Shown: piece by piece, positions 16,221 to 26,038 of the stretch
Layout: each line of letters opens with the position of its first letter
How positions within the stretch are numbered: position 1 is the first letter of the stretch
Assembly (NCBI GenBank): GCA_040260935.1
Contig: JBDQOY010000337.1
Location: forward strand, 1-44,412
Source: Pirellulales bacterium
GTDB lineage: Bacteria > Planctomycetota > Planctomycetia > Pirellulales > UBA1268
DNA length: 44,412 nt
Direction of reading: 5' to 3'
Translations under genes and position numbers: made by a program
The notes under the pieces: model-generated
The model's database searches: none
What the model was told of the DNA's origin: nothing
What the model saw: only the letters and a program-made list of their open reading frames with translations

Positions 16221-17495
16221 TCAGTCCCGGAGGTCGAACAGTCGCCGCAGGGCATCGAGCAGGCCGTGGGGCGGCCCCGCGTGGCTTTCACTGCGGAGCG
16301 AGGCCAGTGGCGGGTGGAGCATCTTTGCCGCGTAGCGGTCGAAGGCCCGCCGAATCTCGTCACGGGCAGCGGCATCGAGGTCGGGCAGTTTGCGAAACAG
16401 CCGGTCGAGTTCAGCCTCGCCGGTCTCATTCCAGCCGGCCCGGAGTTGTTCGATGACCGGAACGGTTGAGCGGTGGTGTAGATCACCCATGAACCGCCGG
16501 GTCTCTTCGTCGATAATCGTCAGGGCCGCCGGCATCTCCCGCTGGCGACGCTGTCGGTTGGCCTCACAGGCCTGGCCGAGATCATCGACGGAGTAGAGCC
16601 AGACCCCAGCCCGCTGGCCGATCCGCGGATCAAAATCCCGCGGCACTGCTAGGTCGAGCACGACCAGCGGTCGACCCTGCCGGCTCGGCTCAAGTTTCAG
16701 GTAGGTCTCGAGGGTCACCACCGGCTCGGTCGCGCCGGTGGTACTGACGATGAGATCGGCGGTGGCCACTTCCGTTGTCAGGTCGGCATAGGGCCGGGCG
16801 GTGCCACCGAGCCGCTCGGCCAGCTGCTCGGCCCGCCCCGCGGTGCGGTTGATCACCTGCACGTCGCGGGCACCAGCGTCAGCCAGATAGCGGAGCGTTT
16901 CAGCAGCCATCTTGCCAGCACCGATCAGCAGAACCCGCTTGTCATCGAACCGCTCAAACACCCCGGCGGCAAAGTCGGCGACCGCCATGCTGGGAATGGA
17001 AAGCCGTTCCCGGCCGACGGCAGTTTCACTGGCCACCCGCTTGGCGGCCCGCAGGGCGGCCTGAAACAGTTCGCCGGTCAGCGGACCGGTGGTGCCGCTC
17101 TGTTGGGCAATCTGCCAGGCCTGTTTGACCTGCGCCACGATCTGGGGTTCACCCAGCACCATGCTGTCGAGTCCAGCCGCCACGCAGAAGAGATGTTTGA
17201 CGGCGGCGGGCCCCTGATCGCCGCCCAGCACCCCACCAACGCTGGTGGGATCGACTCCGCGACATTCAGCCAGAAACATCGCCAGTTCGTCAGGCGGTGG
17301 TGGCCCCTGCTGCTGCTCGTCAGCCGCGTAGAGTTCGACCCGGTTGCAGGTGGACAGCAGCACGGCTTCACTGCCGGGAAACGCCGTCCGGAAACGGGCC
17401 AACGCCTCGGCCGCCTGCTCGGCCGAAAAGGCGAGCCGCTCGCGGAGTTCAATCGGGACGGTGCGGTGACTGCCCCCGACAAAGGTGAGGCTCAT
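16221..17495 (-). CDS. hemA: Glutamyl-tRNA reductase
   Basis: SHRT-P-ELRERLAF, LSTCNRVE (catalytic Cys), GLDSMVLGEPQI, IGAGKM, NRT, DLAVPRD. ATG at 17495 overlaps the upstream gene's stop; SD ACGGAGG. Confidence 0.96.
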   Translation of the reverse strand: MSLTFVGGSHRTVPIELRERLAFSAEQAAEALARFRTAFPGSEAVLLSTCNRVELYAADEQQQGPPPPDELAMFLAECRGVDPTSVGGVLGGDQGPAAVKHLFCVAAGLDSMVLGEPQIVAQVKQAWQIAQQSGTTGPLTGELFQAALRAAKRVASETAVGRERLSIPSMAVADFAAGVFERFDDKRVLLIGAGKMAAETLRYLADAGARDVQVINRTAGRAEQLAERLGGTARPYADLTTEVATADLIVSTTGATEPVVTLETYLKLEPSRQGRPLVVLDLAVPRDFDPRIGQRAGVWLYSVDDLGQACEANRQRRQREMPAALTIIDEETRRFMGDLHHRSTVPVIEQLRAGWNETGEAELDRLFRKLPDLDAAARDEIRRAFDRYAAKMLHPPLASLRSESHAGPPHGLLDALRRLFDLRD

Positions 17496-18388
17496 GCGGC
17501 ACCTCCGTCGGTATCGGCTGCCGTGGTCGGCACCGCCTGCTGCGGGGGCACCCCATGCCGTGTGCTGCCGAACACACCCCAGAGAATGGAGGCCGTCAGC
17601 AGACAGAGGCTCACCAGGGACACGACCGCCGCGACCCGCCGGCCGTTGGCCTGCCGGGCAACGGCTCGCGAGATGACTACACCGCTGATCAGCCAAAGGA
17701 CGAGCATGCCCATCCGCAGCACCACGGGATCGGTCCAGGGCACGGTCTCAAGGAGTCCTCGCTGGCGGTTGACCGCATTGAGGATGATGCCAGAGAGAAA
17801 CCCGCTGCCGCCGGCCCAGGCGGCAACGACGATCATCCGCGCTGACCAGAGCGAAAGCTTCTCGAGGCTCGGCATCCGAAAGCCCTGCAGCGGAGCCTGC
17901 TTGCGGGCTAAGCGACCAGCCTGAATCAGCCACATGCCTCCAGCCAGGCCTCCGAGGACCACCGCCACACTCATCGCCAGATTGAAACTACCGTGGATTG
18001 CGCCCCAGATCTGGGTGGCCGGACTCTGGGGAAACGGCTCACGGCTGGAGAGTTCAGCAGCCCCGATCAGGGCCAGTACCACCGGCAGAACAAACAGCCC
18101 AACCGGTGTGCGGGGGTTGGCAATCGTCATCCAGAGTGAGCCGGCCGCCAACACCCAGGCAGCCAGCAGGTACCAGTCAAAGCCACTGGAGAGGGGAATC
18201 GCTGTGACGGTGGCTGCCCGCCAGGCCAGGTAGAGCGTCTGCGCGATCAGGCCGGCAGCCACGAAGCCGATCATCGTCGCGCCGCGAACGCTCGATCGGA
18301 ACCAGAGCCGCGTCACCTCAAAGCCGAGGGCAACGCTGTAACTGGCCGCGAAGCAGACAACGGAAATGCGGGAAATGAACTCAGCCAT
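17492..18388 (-). CDS. Cytochrome c assembly (CcsA) family membrane protein, HemX-like
   Basis: About 8 hydrophobic segments, IHG, PSLEKL, WTDP. Translationally coupled to hemA. Confidence 0.78.
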   Translation of the reverse strand: MAEFISRISVVCFAASYSVALGFEVTRLWFRSSVRGATMIGFVAAGLIAQTLYLAWRAATVTAIPLSSGFDWYLLAAWVLAAGSLWMTIANPRTPVGLFVLPVVLALIGAAELSSREPFPQSPATQIWGAIHGSFNLAMSVAVVLGGLAGGMWLIQAGRLARKQAPLQGFRMPSLEKLSLWSARMIVVAAWAGGSGFLSGIILNAVNRQRGLLETVPWTDPVVLRMGMLVLWLISGVVISRAVARQANGRRVAAVVSLVSLCLLTASILWGVFGSTRHGVPPQQAVPTTAADTDGGAA

Positions 18389-18422
18389 GACACTCTGGGG
18401 CACGCGCAGCGGGAACCCCTCA

Positions 18423-18481
18423 AGTGTAGCCCGTGATCGGTCGTCCACGACCCGGCAGGGGCGGGAAAAACGGCTTATACT
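18423..18481. promoter_or_regulatory. Back-to-back -10 elements for hemX-hemA (minus) and hemE (plus)
   Basis: Minus-strand TACACT at 18428-18423; plus-strand TATACT at 18476-18481, 7 nt before the hemE ATG at 18489. Confidence 0.45.
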
Positions 18482-18488
18482 TGCGTCG

Positions 18489-19571
18489 ATGTCGCTACCC
18501 CCACCATCCGCCGCTGATTCCATGCCATCGGGCTCGCCCACCGGCTCGGCCCACGACTCCCTGTTTCTGCGGGCCTGCCGCCGCGAAGCGGTGCCCCGGC
18601 CACCGGTCTGGCTGATGCGGCAGGCGGGCCGGTACCTGCCGGAATATCAGGCGGTTCGCAGTCGGGTGACGTTTCTGGAACTCTGCAAGTCCCCCGCGTT
18701 GTCGGCGGAAGTGATGCTGGCTACCGTTGACCGACTCGGTGTCGATGCCGCAATCATCTTTAGCGATCTCCTGCCGATCCTCGAGCCGATGGGGCTGGCG
18801 CTTGAGTTTGCCGAGGGGGAAGGCCCGGTCATCCATAACCCGGTGCGAACTGCCGACGATCTGCCGCGGTTTCGCGAGTTGGAGGATGTCAGCTCGCTCG
18901 ACTTTGTCTACGAGACGGTGCGGGCCACCCGAGCAGGCTTGGCGGCCGACCTGCCGGTGATCGGCTTTGCCGGAGCCCCCTTCACGCTGCTCGGCTATGC
19001 GATTGAAGGGGGCACCAGCCGCAGTTGGCTGCACACCAAACGGCTGATGCTGACCGACCCGGGCACCTGGCATGAACTGATGGGCCGACTGGCTCGAACG
19101 ATCAGCCGCTACCTGCTGGCGCAGTTTGATGCAGGCGCCGATGCGGTGCAGGTGTTTGACAGCTGGGTAGGCTGCCTGGGGCCAGAACACTACCGCGAGT
19201 TTGTGCTGCCCCACAGCCGAGCCGTGCTGGAGGCAGTGGCCAACCGCGGGCCGGTCATCCACTTTGCCGCCGGTAACCCGGCGCTGTTGCCGCTGGCCGC
19301 CGAGGCTGGCGGTTCGGTGATCGGCGTCGACTGGCGGATCAACCTCGACGAGGCCTGGCAGCAGGTGGGCTATGACCGGGCGGTGCAGGGCAATCTCGAC
19401 CCTGCTGTCCTTCACACCACGCCCGATGTGGTTCGGGAGCGAACCCGCGAGGTGCTCGCCCGGGCGGCGGGCCGCCCCGGTCACATCATGAACCTCGGCC
19501 ACGGCATTCTGCCGCAGACGCCGGTGGAGAATGTGCTGGAACTGATCGCCACCGTGAAGGCGGTCGGCTGA
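18489..19571 (+). CDS. hemE: Uroporphyrinogen decarboxylase
   Basis: PVWLMRQAGRYLPEY, DAAIIFSDLL, IGFAGAPFTL, QVFDSW, QGNLDP, NLGHGI. Start at 18489 or 18522. Confidence 0.97.
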   Translation: MSLPPPSAADSMPSGSPTGSAHDSLFLRACRREAVPRPPVWLMRQAGRYLPEYQAVRSRVTFLELCKSPALSAEVMLATVDRLGVDAAIIFSDLLPILEPMGLALEFAEGEGPVIHNPVRTADDLPRFRELEDVSSLDFVYETVRATRAGLAADLPVIGFAGAPFTLLGYAIEGGTSRSWLHTKRLMLTDPGTWHELMGRLARTISRYLLAQFDAGADAVQVFDSWVGCLGPEHYREFVLPHSRAVLEAVANRGPVIHFAAGNPALLPLAAEAGGSVIGVDWRINLDEAWQQVGYDRAVQGNLDPAVLHTTPDVVRERTREVLARAAGRPGHIMNLGHGILPQTPVENVLELIATVKAVG

Positions 19572-19743
19572 GGCGAGGTCGGCGGTCGCATGCATTTGGG
19601 GTGGCAGCCGTGAAAAATCGACGCGGCCACAGCCAGATCGGGTACAACTGTGGATTGGCCTGCGCGGTGCACCAATGAGGCACTGGCGTGGGCGATCCCG
19701 TTGAGTCATTGATTCATCCATCCTCATCCCGACACGATTGCGT

Positions 19744-22700
19744 ATGGCCACACTGGAGAAGCGTCTCTTTCATCTGTTCGATGCCCGAACCCGCAAGCGG
19801 GCTCGCCAACTGGTTCCAGAAAAGGTGATCTGCCCTCGGGTTGGCCAGGTGCAGGCCACGCTGGCCGACGACGACGGCACCAACCATGAAGTGCTGCTGG
19901 AGCTGTCGGCGAACCGTCGGGGCGGCATGATTCTGGAGAGCCGCTGCACCAGTCCGGATGGACGGGCGGGCAAGCCCTGTGCCCTCGTGGCAGCGGTGCT
20001 GCTTGAGATTGATCGTCGGGGTCTGCTCGCCGGCATTGCCGACCAGACGCCGGTCACCCTCGATGTGGTGGCGGATGAGACAGACGCTGACGAGCCAGCC
20101 CCTGACGTGGAACAGGTTGCGGTCAGCAGTCTGGCAGCGGTTGCGGACCCGCGTGCCGTGAAGACGGTGTCGCGGCATGGGGGCGCCCGCCTCAACAGCC
20201 CGGCTTCCGGTGACCCGCAGGTGCGGCGGACAACCCGCCAGCCTGCCTGGGCAACCGAACTGGAGACCCGGCGGCGACTCGTTGAGCCAGCGGTTCAGAC
20301 GGCGGGCATCGCCCTGGCCGATCTCCGCAAAGCGACAGGCACGCTGATGTTCCTGCTCGACGCCGCAGCGGCTGACCGGCAGGTGGTGGTGGTGGAGCCC
20401 TGTCGAATGGCGATCGATGAGATTGGCCAGCCCTGTGGTCGGCCCAAGCCGATCATCATTGGGCCGCAGGCCGTGGCCTTTGAGCAATTCGACGCGGACG
20501 AGCAGCGAGTGCTGGCGGCCCTGGCCGGCACCGCCGCGGATGAGACCCACCACGGCGGCGTGCCCCTGGAACAGCGAACGATGGCCCGCTTCATTCTCAG
20601 CCGTCAGTCAGCCGCCCACGATCTAGCTATGCTCTGTGGTGAGGGCCGCCTGCTGCTCCAGCCGGAACCCCGCCGGGCGCCCGAGACCGTGGTGCCGCTG
20701 ATCTGGGACGCGGGTCGCCCCTGGGAATTTTCTATGCAGGTTGAGCCCGGCGATGACACGGGGCTGGCTGCCTGTCTGGAAGATGACCTAGCGACCGGTG
20801 AGCAACAACGGAAGCTGGTCCGGCCCAAGAAGGCGAGCCTCAACGGCGTGTTGGTTCGGGGCAGCGAGCGAAAGGCACTCTCAGCGCCGCGACTCTTGCT
20901 GCGGGCGGGCTTTGTGGTGATGGGTGACCGGCTGGCCCGTCTTGCGGTTGACCCCAACGGAATTGATCAGCAGGCAGTTGTTCCAGCGGACGGGCCGACC
21001 GGGCTGCAAGGATGGCTTGAGCAGTTTGACCGACGGGGCGCGATTGAACTGGCCGGCTCGCAGGTTGATGGCCTGATCGAACGGCTGGCGGGGCTGGCTA
21101 ACCTGCCCCGGCTCGATCTGCCTGGGTGGACCGGTTGGCAGATTGAGTCGGGTCGACCCCAGCCCAAACTGGTTCTGGATGATGCCGCCAGCACCGCTGC
21201 GGAGGATGCGGCCGTCGATCCTGAGGCGACCGTGGGGCAGCCCCGGCGGCGTTCACGACGCAGCCGGCCGAAGGTGCAGCTCGGCGGCACGATCTGGTTT
21301 GACTATGGCGGCATCCTGATTGCTGCTGACGATCCGGCTGGTGGTGCTGCTGATGCAACCCGACGACGGCTGGTCCGCAGGAACCGACCCGCAGAGCGGG
21401 CGGCACTGGCAGCCCTGCCCCGCTTCGGATTCAGTCCGGCCCGGTCGTCCACGGCCGAGGCCGCAGAGCCCCCAACTCATCATGTCGAGGTGGCCCGGGC
21501 GCGACTGGATGCTTCGGTGTCCCAGCTGGCGGCGGTTGGCTGGGCCGTTGAAGTGTCGGGGCGGCGGTACCGGCCGGCTGGCAGTGTGGCTTGGAATGTC
21601 ACGAGCGGCATCGACTGGTTTGAACTCTCTGGGTCGATCGATTTTGGTGGGGTGATGGCCGACATGCCGGCCTTGTTGACGGCCCTAGCCCGCGGTGACC
21701 GGGCGGTCGATCTTGAGGATGGGTCTCGCGGCATCCTGCCTGCTGACTTCGCCGCCCAGTTGGAGCCCTTGCTGGCGCTCGCAGAGCAGAAAGATGGTCG
21801 GCTGCGGTACGGGCGGATGCAGGCGGCCCTGCTTGATGCGTTGCTTGCTGGCATGCCGCATTCGCATGTTGACGATGCCTTCGCGGCCATTCGCGAAGAA
21901 CTGGCGAGCGGGGGTCGGCCCGAGGCTGAGCATGAGCCGGAGGGCTTCCAGGGAACCCTTCGGCACTATCAACGAGAGGGCCTCGGCTGGCTGACGTTCC
22001 TTGGGCGGTTGGGCCTAGGGGGCTGTCTCGCCGATGACATGGGGTTGGGCAAAACGATTCAGATTCTCGCGCTGGTGTTGCGGCGGCAGCGGGTGGTGCA
22101 GGAGGCGGGCCTGACCTCGCGGCCGTCCCTGGTCATTGTGCCCAAGAGTCTGATTTTCAACTGGATGGAGGAGGCCCGCCGGTTCGCGCCGCAGCTGCGG
22201 CTGCTCAATCACACCGGCCAGGAACGGTCGTCTTCGGTCGACTCGTTTGCGGACTACGACCTCATCCTGACCACGTATGGCACGCTCCGCCGCGACATCG
22301 TGCAGCACCGCAAAACGGAGTTTGACTATGTCATCCTCGATGAGGCGCAGGCCATCAAGAATGCCGGCAGTCAGGCGGCCAAGGCCTGTCGCCTGCTGAA
22401 GGCTCGCCAGCGACTTGCGCTGACGGGGACACCTGTCGAGAACCACATTGGTGAACTCTGGAGCATTTTCGAATTCTTGAATCCGGGCCAGCTTGGCACG
22501 GCAGCCCGGCTGAAGCGGTTCCTGGCTGGGGGGCGGGGTAACGGTGCCGAACTGGTTGCCCGCGCCGTGCGGCCCTATCTACTGCGGCGGACGAAGACGC
22601 AGGTGCTGGCCGATCTTCCCGAGAAGACCGAGCAGACACTCTTCTGCGAACTTGGTGAGCAGCAGCGAAAGGCGTATGACGACCTGCGGCTGCACTACCG

Positions 22701-23340
22701 GAATGAGTTGGCCACACGCATTGGCCAGCAGGGAATCGGCCGCAGCCGGATTGCGGTCTTGGAGGCACTGCTGCGGCTGCGTCAGGCAGCCTGCCATCCG
22801 GGCCTGATTGATGCCGGTCGCATCGATGAGCCGGCTGCAAAACTCGACACCCTGCTTGAGCAACTCAGTGAAGTGCTCGATGAGGGACACAAGGTGCTCG
22901 TCTTCAGCCAGTTCACCAGTTTCCTGGCCATTCTCCGGCGGCAGCTCGACGCCCGGGGGCAGGTCTATGAGTATCTCGACGGGAAGACCACCGACCGGCA
23001 GAGTCGGGTGGAGCGGTTCCAGGAAGACGCTGACTGCCGGCTGTTCCTCGTCAGCCTCAAGGCGGGCGGGCAGGGGCTGAATCTCACGGCGGCAGACTAT
23101 GTCTACATCCTCGATCCCTGGTGGAACCCTGCCGTCGAAGCGCAGGCGATCGACCGGGCCCACCGGATCGGGCAGACCCGGCCGGTGTTCGCCTATCGGT
23201 TGATCGCCCGGGATACGGTCGAGGAGAAGATCGTCGCCCTGCAGGAGCAGAAACGAGAGTTGGCCGATTCGATCGTGACGGCCGATACCGGTATTCTGTC
23301 GGGCCTGACCAGCGACGATGTCGATATGCTGTTTTCGTAA
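19744..23340 (+). CDS. SNF2-family (Swi2/Snf2, HepA-like) ATP-dependent helicase with long N-terminal region
   Basis: LRHYQREG, LADDMGLGKT, DEAQ, LTGTPVENH, RRTK, FSQFT, GGQGLNL, DPWWNP, QAIDRAHRIGQ. Confidence 0.95.
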   Translation: MATLEKRLFHLFDARTRKRARQLVPEKVICPRVGQVQATLADDDGTNHEVLLELSANRRGGMILESRCTSPDGRAGKPCALVAAVLLEIDRRGLLAGIADQTPVTLDVVADETDADEPAPDVEQVAVSSLAAVADPRAVKTVSRHGGARLNSPASGDPQVRRTTRQPAWATELETRRRLVEPAVQTAGIALADLRKATGTLMFLLDAAAADRQVVVVEPCRMAIDEIGQPCGRPKPIIIGPQAVAFEQFDADEQRVLAALAGTAADETHHGGVPLEQRTMARFILSRQSAAHDLAMLCGEGRLLLQPEPRRAPETVVPLIWDAGRPWEFSMQVEPGDDTGLAACLEDDLATGEQQRKLVRPKKASLNGVLVRGSERKALSAPRLLLRAGFVVMGDRLARLAVDPNGIDQQAVVPADGPTGLQGWLEQFDRRGAIELAGSQVDGLIERLAGLANLPRLDLPGWTGWQIESGRPQPKLVLDDAASTAAEDAAVDPEATVGQPRRRSRRSRPKVQLGGTIWFDYGGILIAADDPAGGAADATRRRLVRRNRPAERAALAALPRFGFSPARSSTAEAAEPPTHHVEVARARLDASVSQLAAVGWAVEVSGRRYRPAGSVAWNVTSGIDWFELSGSIDFGGVMADMPALLTALARGDRAVDLEDGSRGILPADFAAQLEPLLALAEQKDGRLRYGRMQAALLDALLAGMPHSHVDDAFAAIREELASGGRPEAEHEPEGFQGTLRHYQREGLGWLTFLGRLGLGGCLADDMGLGKTIQILALVLRRQRVVQEAGLTSRPSLVIVPKSLIFNWMEEARRFAPQLRLLNHTGQERSSSVDSFADYDLILTTYGTLRRDIVQHRKTEFDYVILDEAQAIKNAGSQAAKACRLLKARQRLALTGTPVENHIGELWSIFEFLNPGQLGTAARLKRFLAGGRGNGAELVARAVRPYLLRRTKTQVLADLPEKTEQTLFCELGEQQRKAYDDLRLHYRNELATRIGQQGIGRSRIAVLEALLRLRQAACHPGLIDAGRIDEPAAKLDTLLEQLSEVLDEGHKVLVFSQFTSFLAILRRQLDARGQVYEYLDGKTTDRQSRVERFQEDADCRLFLVSLKAGGQGLNLTAADYVYILDPWWNPAVEAQAIDRAHRIGQTRPVFAYRLIARDTVEEKIVALQEQKRELADSIVTADTGILSGLTSDDVDMLFS

Positions 23341-23462
23341 GCGGCCCACGGGGGACTGGGCAAGAAGGCGGCTCATCGAAAACTAACGAATGGAGACCCG
23401 GCTCAGTCTCTAGACTCTGAAGCCAAAGGCCCGGTTTCGTGGTTTTCAGCATCCAGCAGCCC

Positions 23463-24182
23463 ATGGCACCCTCGACAGTCACGCCCGAGACACCGCTTGC
23501 CCATCGCATCCTGGTGGTTGACGATGAGGAAGATCTGCTGGAACTCGTTCGCTATACGCTGACCAAGCAGGGGCACATCGTGACCTGTGTTGGTACCGGT
23601 GAGGAGGCGGTGCGACAGGCCGGCCAGCAGGCCCCGGACGCGATTGTGCTCGATCTGATGCTGCCGGGAATCGATGGCCTGGAAGTCTGCCGTCGGCTGC
23701 GGGCCGAGGCCAAAACCCGTGACATCCCCATCATCATGCTCACGGCCAAGAGTGAAGAGCGGGATGTGATTGCCGGGCTCGAGCAGGGCAGTGACGACTA
23801 CCTCACCAAACCCTTCAGCCCCCGGGTGCTGGCGGCTCGGGTAAAATCGCTGCTGCGACGGAAGGATGCTGAACGCCGCAGCCAGCAGGAGACAACGATT
23901 GAAATTCGGGAACTGGTCATCCACCCGGGCCGGCATGAGGTGACTGTTGCCGGCGAGCCAGTGCGGCTGACCTACACCGAGTTTGCCCTGCTGCAATTTC
24001 TGGCCAAGCGGCCCGGTTGGGCCTATACCCGAGCGCAGATCGTCGACGCGGTGAAGGGAGAGGATTATCCTGTCACGGAGCGGTCGGTCGACGTCCAAGT
24101 CGCTGGCCTCCGGAAGAAGCTTGGATCCTTTGGCAGCAATATCGAGACCGTGCGAGGTGTTGGCTATCGGTTCCGGGCGTGA
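23463..24182 (+). CDS. OmpR-family response regulator, PhoB/PhoP-like
   Basis: ILVVDDE, LDLMLP (phospho-acceptor Asp), MLTAK, KPF, and a winged-helix C-terminus RSVDVQVAGLRKKL...TVRGVGY. Confidence 0.93.
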   Translation: MAPSTVTPETPLAHRILVVDDEEDLLELVRYTLTKQGHIVTCVGTGEEAVRQAGQQAPDAIVLDLMLPGIDGLEVCRRLRAEAKTRDIPIIMLTAKSEERDVIAGLEQGSDDYLTKPFSPRVLAARVKSLLRRKDAERRSQQETTIEIRELVIHPGRHEVTVAGEPVRLTYTEFALLQFLAKRPGWAYTRAQIVDAVKGEDYPVTERSVDVQVAGLRKKLGSFGSNIETVRGVGYRFRA

Positions 24183-24209
24183 TCCCTCCGTCCTCAACCG
24201 CATCCTGCC

Positions 24210-26021
24210 ATGTCCAGAAACCGGTTTGCCTGGCATCTGTTTGTGACTGCTGCTGTGGCAGGTGTGACCCTGATGGTTGCCTGTTACTGGCTGGCGTCAC
24301 TGGGGCTGGCGGCGCTGGCGGATGAAGCAGCCTTTCAGCACTTGACCGATACGGCGATTGGCCTCACCGAGATGCTGCCCGACCTGGAGGATCCTGCGGG
24401 GCGAAAGCAGTTCGAGCGGCATGCCCGCGGGCTCATCGATCGTTCCGGCCTGACCTTCGAGGTGCTGGACCGGGAAGGCCGGCAGGTGGCCGGGTCGCCT
24501 CTTGATGCGAACGCGGGTGAGCCGAACGATCGCTGGCCAGAGTACGAGCAGCTTTCGGATGCCGCGCTCGCCGGCCGGTCGGCTCGGGTGAGTCGCTATG
24601 ACGTCGCCAGTGGCAGCCGGATGTTTGTGGTGGCGGTGCCGCTTGGGCCGGTTGCGGCACCGACCGGTGTGCTGCGGGTGTCGGCTGGTACCCAGGGCAG
24701 TGACCGGGTGCTTCATGCGGTGCTGCAGCGGGTGCTGATGGGGTTCCTGGCCGTTGGTGCCTTGATGCTCCTCGTGGGGTGGATGCTTGCCCACCGCGTG
24801 GCCCGGCCGCTGGGTGACCTCGCCCGCGGCGTGCGGCAGGCAGCCGCTGGGGAGTTGGTGCGACTGCCTACGTCCGCAGTCAGGGAGCTGGCTGGCATTG
24901 CGGATGCGGTGACGACCCTGCGAACGCAGTTGGTGGAACGGGGATTGACGATCGACCGCCGGGATACCGAGCAGGAAGCGGTGCTCGACAGCATGATTGA
25001 AGGGGTGCTGGCCGTTGATGTTCGCCAGCGGATCGTCGGCATCAATCAGGCGGCCGCCAGCCTCCTGCAGGTCGATATTGATGCGGTGCTCCGGCGGCCG
25101 CTGCAGGAGGTGATTCGCAATCCGGAAATTCGGCGGTTTGTACTCCAGGCGATCGACTGCCGCGAGCCGGTCGAAGATGACTTTGTGCTGGCCGATCCGG
25201 TCAGCCGCCTCTTTCATGGCCGGGGGACTGCCCTTCGGGATCCGTCCGGCGAGGGAGGGGCGGTGATTGTGCTCAATGATGTGACGGAACTGGAGCGACT
25301 GGAGACGGTCCGGCGGGACTTCGTTGCCAATGTGTCACACGAACTGAAGACGCCAGTCGCTTCGATCAAGGGGTTTGTCGAGACGCTGCAGGATGGAGCG
25401 GTTGATGATCCGGCCGACGCCCGCCGGTTTCTTGCGATCGTGGCCAAGCAGGCCGATCGGCTGGAGGCGATCATCGAAGACCTGTTGGCGCTCTCCCGGA
25501 TCGAGCAGAGTGAAGAGGCCGGGTCATTGCCGCTGGATACAGTCCGTGTGGCTGAGTTATTGGCGTCTGCCCGGGCCAGCTGCCTGCCCCGGGCGACGGA
25601 ACGAGGCCTGGCGATCGAGACCGACTGCCCGGTGGATCTCACCGCCGAGGTCAACGCGCCGCTGCTGGAGCAGGCGGTGCTCAATCTGATTGACAACGCC
25701 ATCAAGTATGGCGGCAGTCGGCAGCCGATTCGGGTGCAGGCTGCCGAGGATCCGGCGACCGCCGGCGGGGCGGAACTGTCGATCAGTGTGAGTGATGCGG
25801 GCTGTGGCATTCCGGCAGAGCATCTGCCTCGGCTGTTTGAGCGGTTCTACCGGGTGGACAGGGGACGGAGCCGGCAGGTGGGGGGAACCGGCCTCGGGCT
25901 CTCGATCGTCAAGCATATTGTGCAAGCCCACGGTGGCACCATCACGGTAGTCAGTGAGCCTGGCAAAGGCAGCACCTTCACGCTCACGCTGCCCCCGGCG
26001 AAGTCGCTGCGCGCAGGCTGA
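24210..26021 (+). CDS. Sensor histidine kinase, PhoR-like (2 TM, HAMP, PAS, HisKA, HATPase)
   Basis: RRDFVANVSHELKTP H-box, NLIDNAIKY, DAGCGI, FERFYRVD...GGTGLGLSIVKH; PAS-like LDSMIEGVLAVD. Confidence 0.93.
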   Translation: MSRNRFAWHLFVTAAVAGVTLMVACYWLASLGLAALADEAAFQHLTDTAIGLTEMLPDLEDPAGRKQFERHARGLIDRSGLTFEVLDREGRQVAGSPLDANAGEPNDRWPEYEQLSDAALAGRSARVSRYDVASGSRMFVVAVPLGPVAAPTGVLRVSAGTQGSDRVLHAVLQRVLMGFLAVGALMLLVGWMLAHRVARPLGDLARGVRQAAAGELVRLPTSAVRELAGIADAVTTLRTQLVERGLTIDRRDTEQEAVLDSMIEGVLAVDVRQRIVGINQAAASLLQVDIDAVLRRPLQEVIRNPEIRRFVLQAIDCREPVEDDFVLADPVSRLFHGRGTALRDPSGEGGAVIVLNDVTELERLETVRRDFVANVSHELKTPVASIKGFVETLQDGAVDDPADARRFLAIVAKQADRLEAIIEDLLALSRIEQSEEAGSLPLDTVRVAELLASARASCLPRATERGLAIETDCPVDLTAEVNAPLLEQAVLNLIDNAIKYGGSRQPIRVQAAEDPATAGGAELSISVSDAGCGIPAEHLPRLFERFYRVDRGRSRQVGGTGLGLSIVKHIVQAHGGTITVVSEPGKGSTFTLTLPPAKSLRAG

Positions 26022-26038
26022 GTCAGGGTGCCCTTCCG

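Noticed and set aside
19744-23340. SNF2 helicase as part of an anti-phage defence system (e.g. DISARM/Zorya-associated)
   Set aside because: Neighbours are hemE and a two-component system; no methylase, nuclease partner or island features, and composition matches the host.
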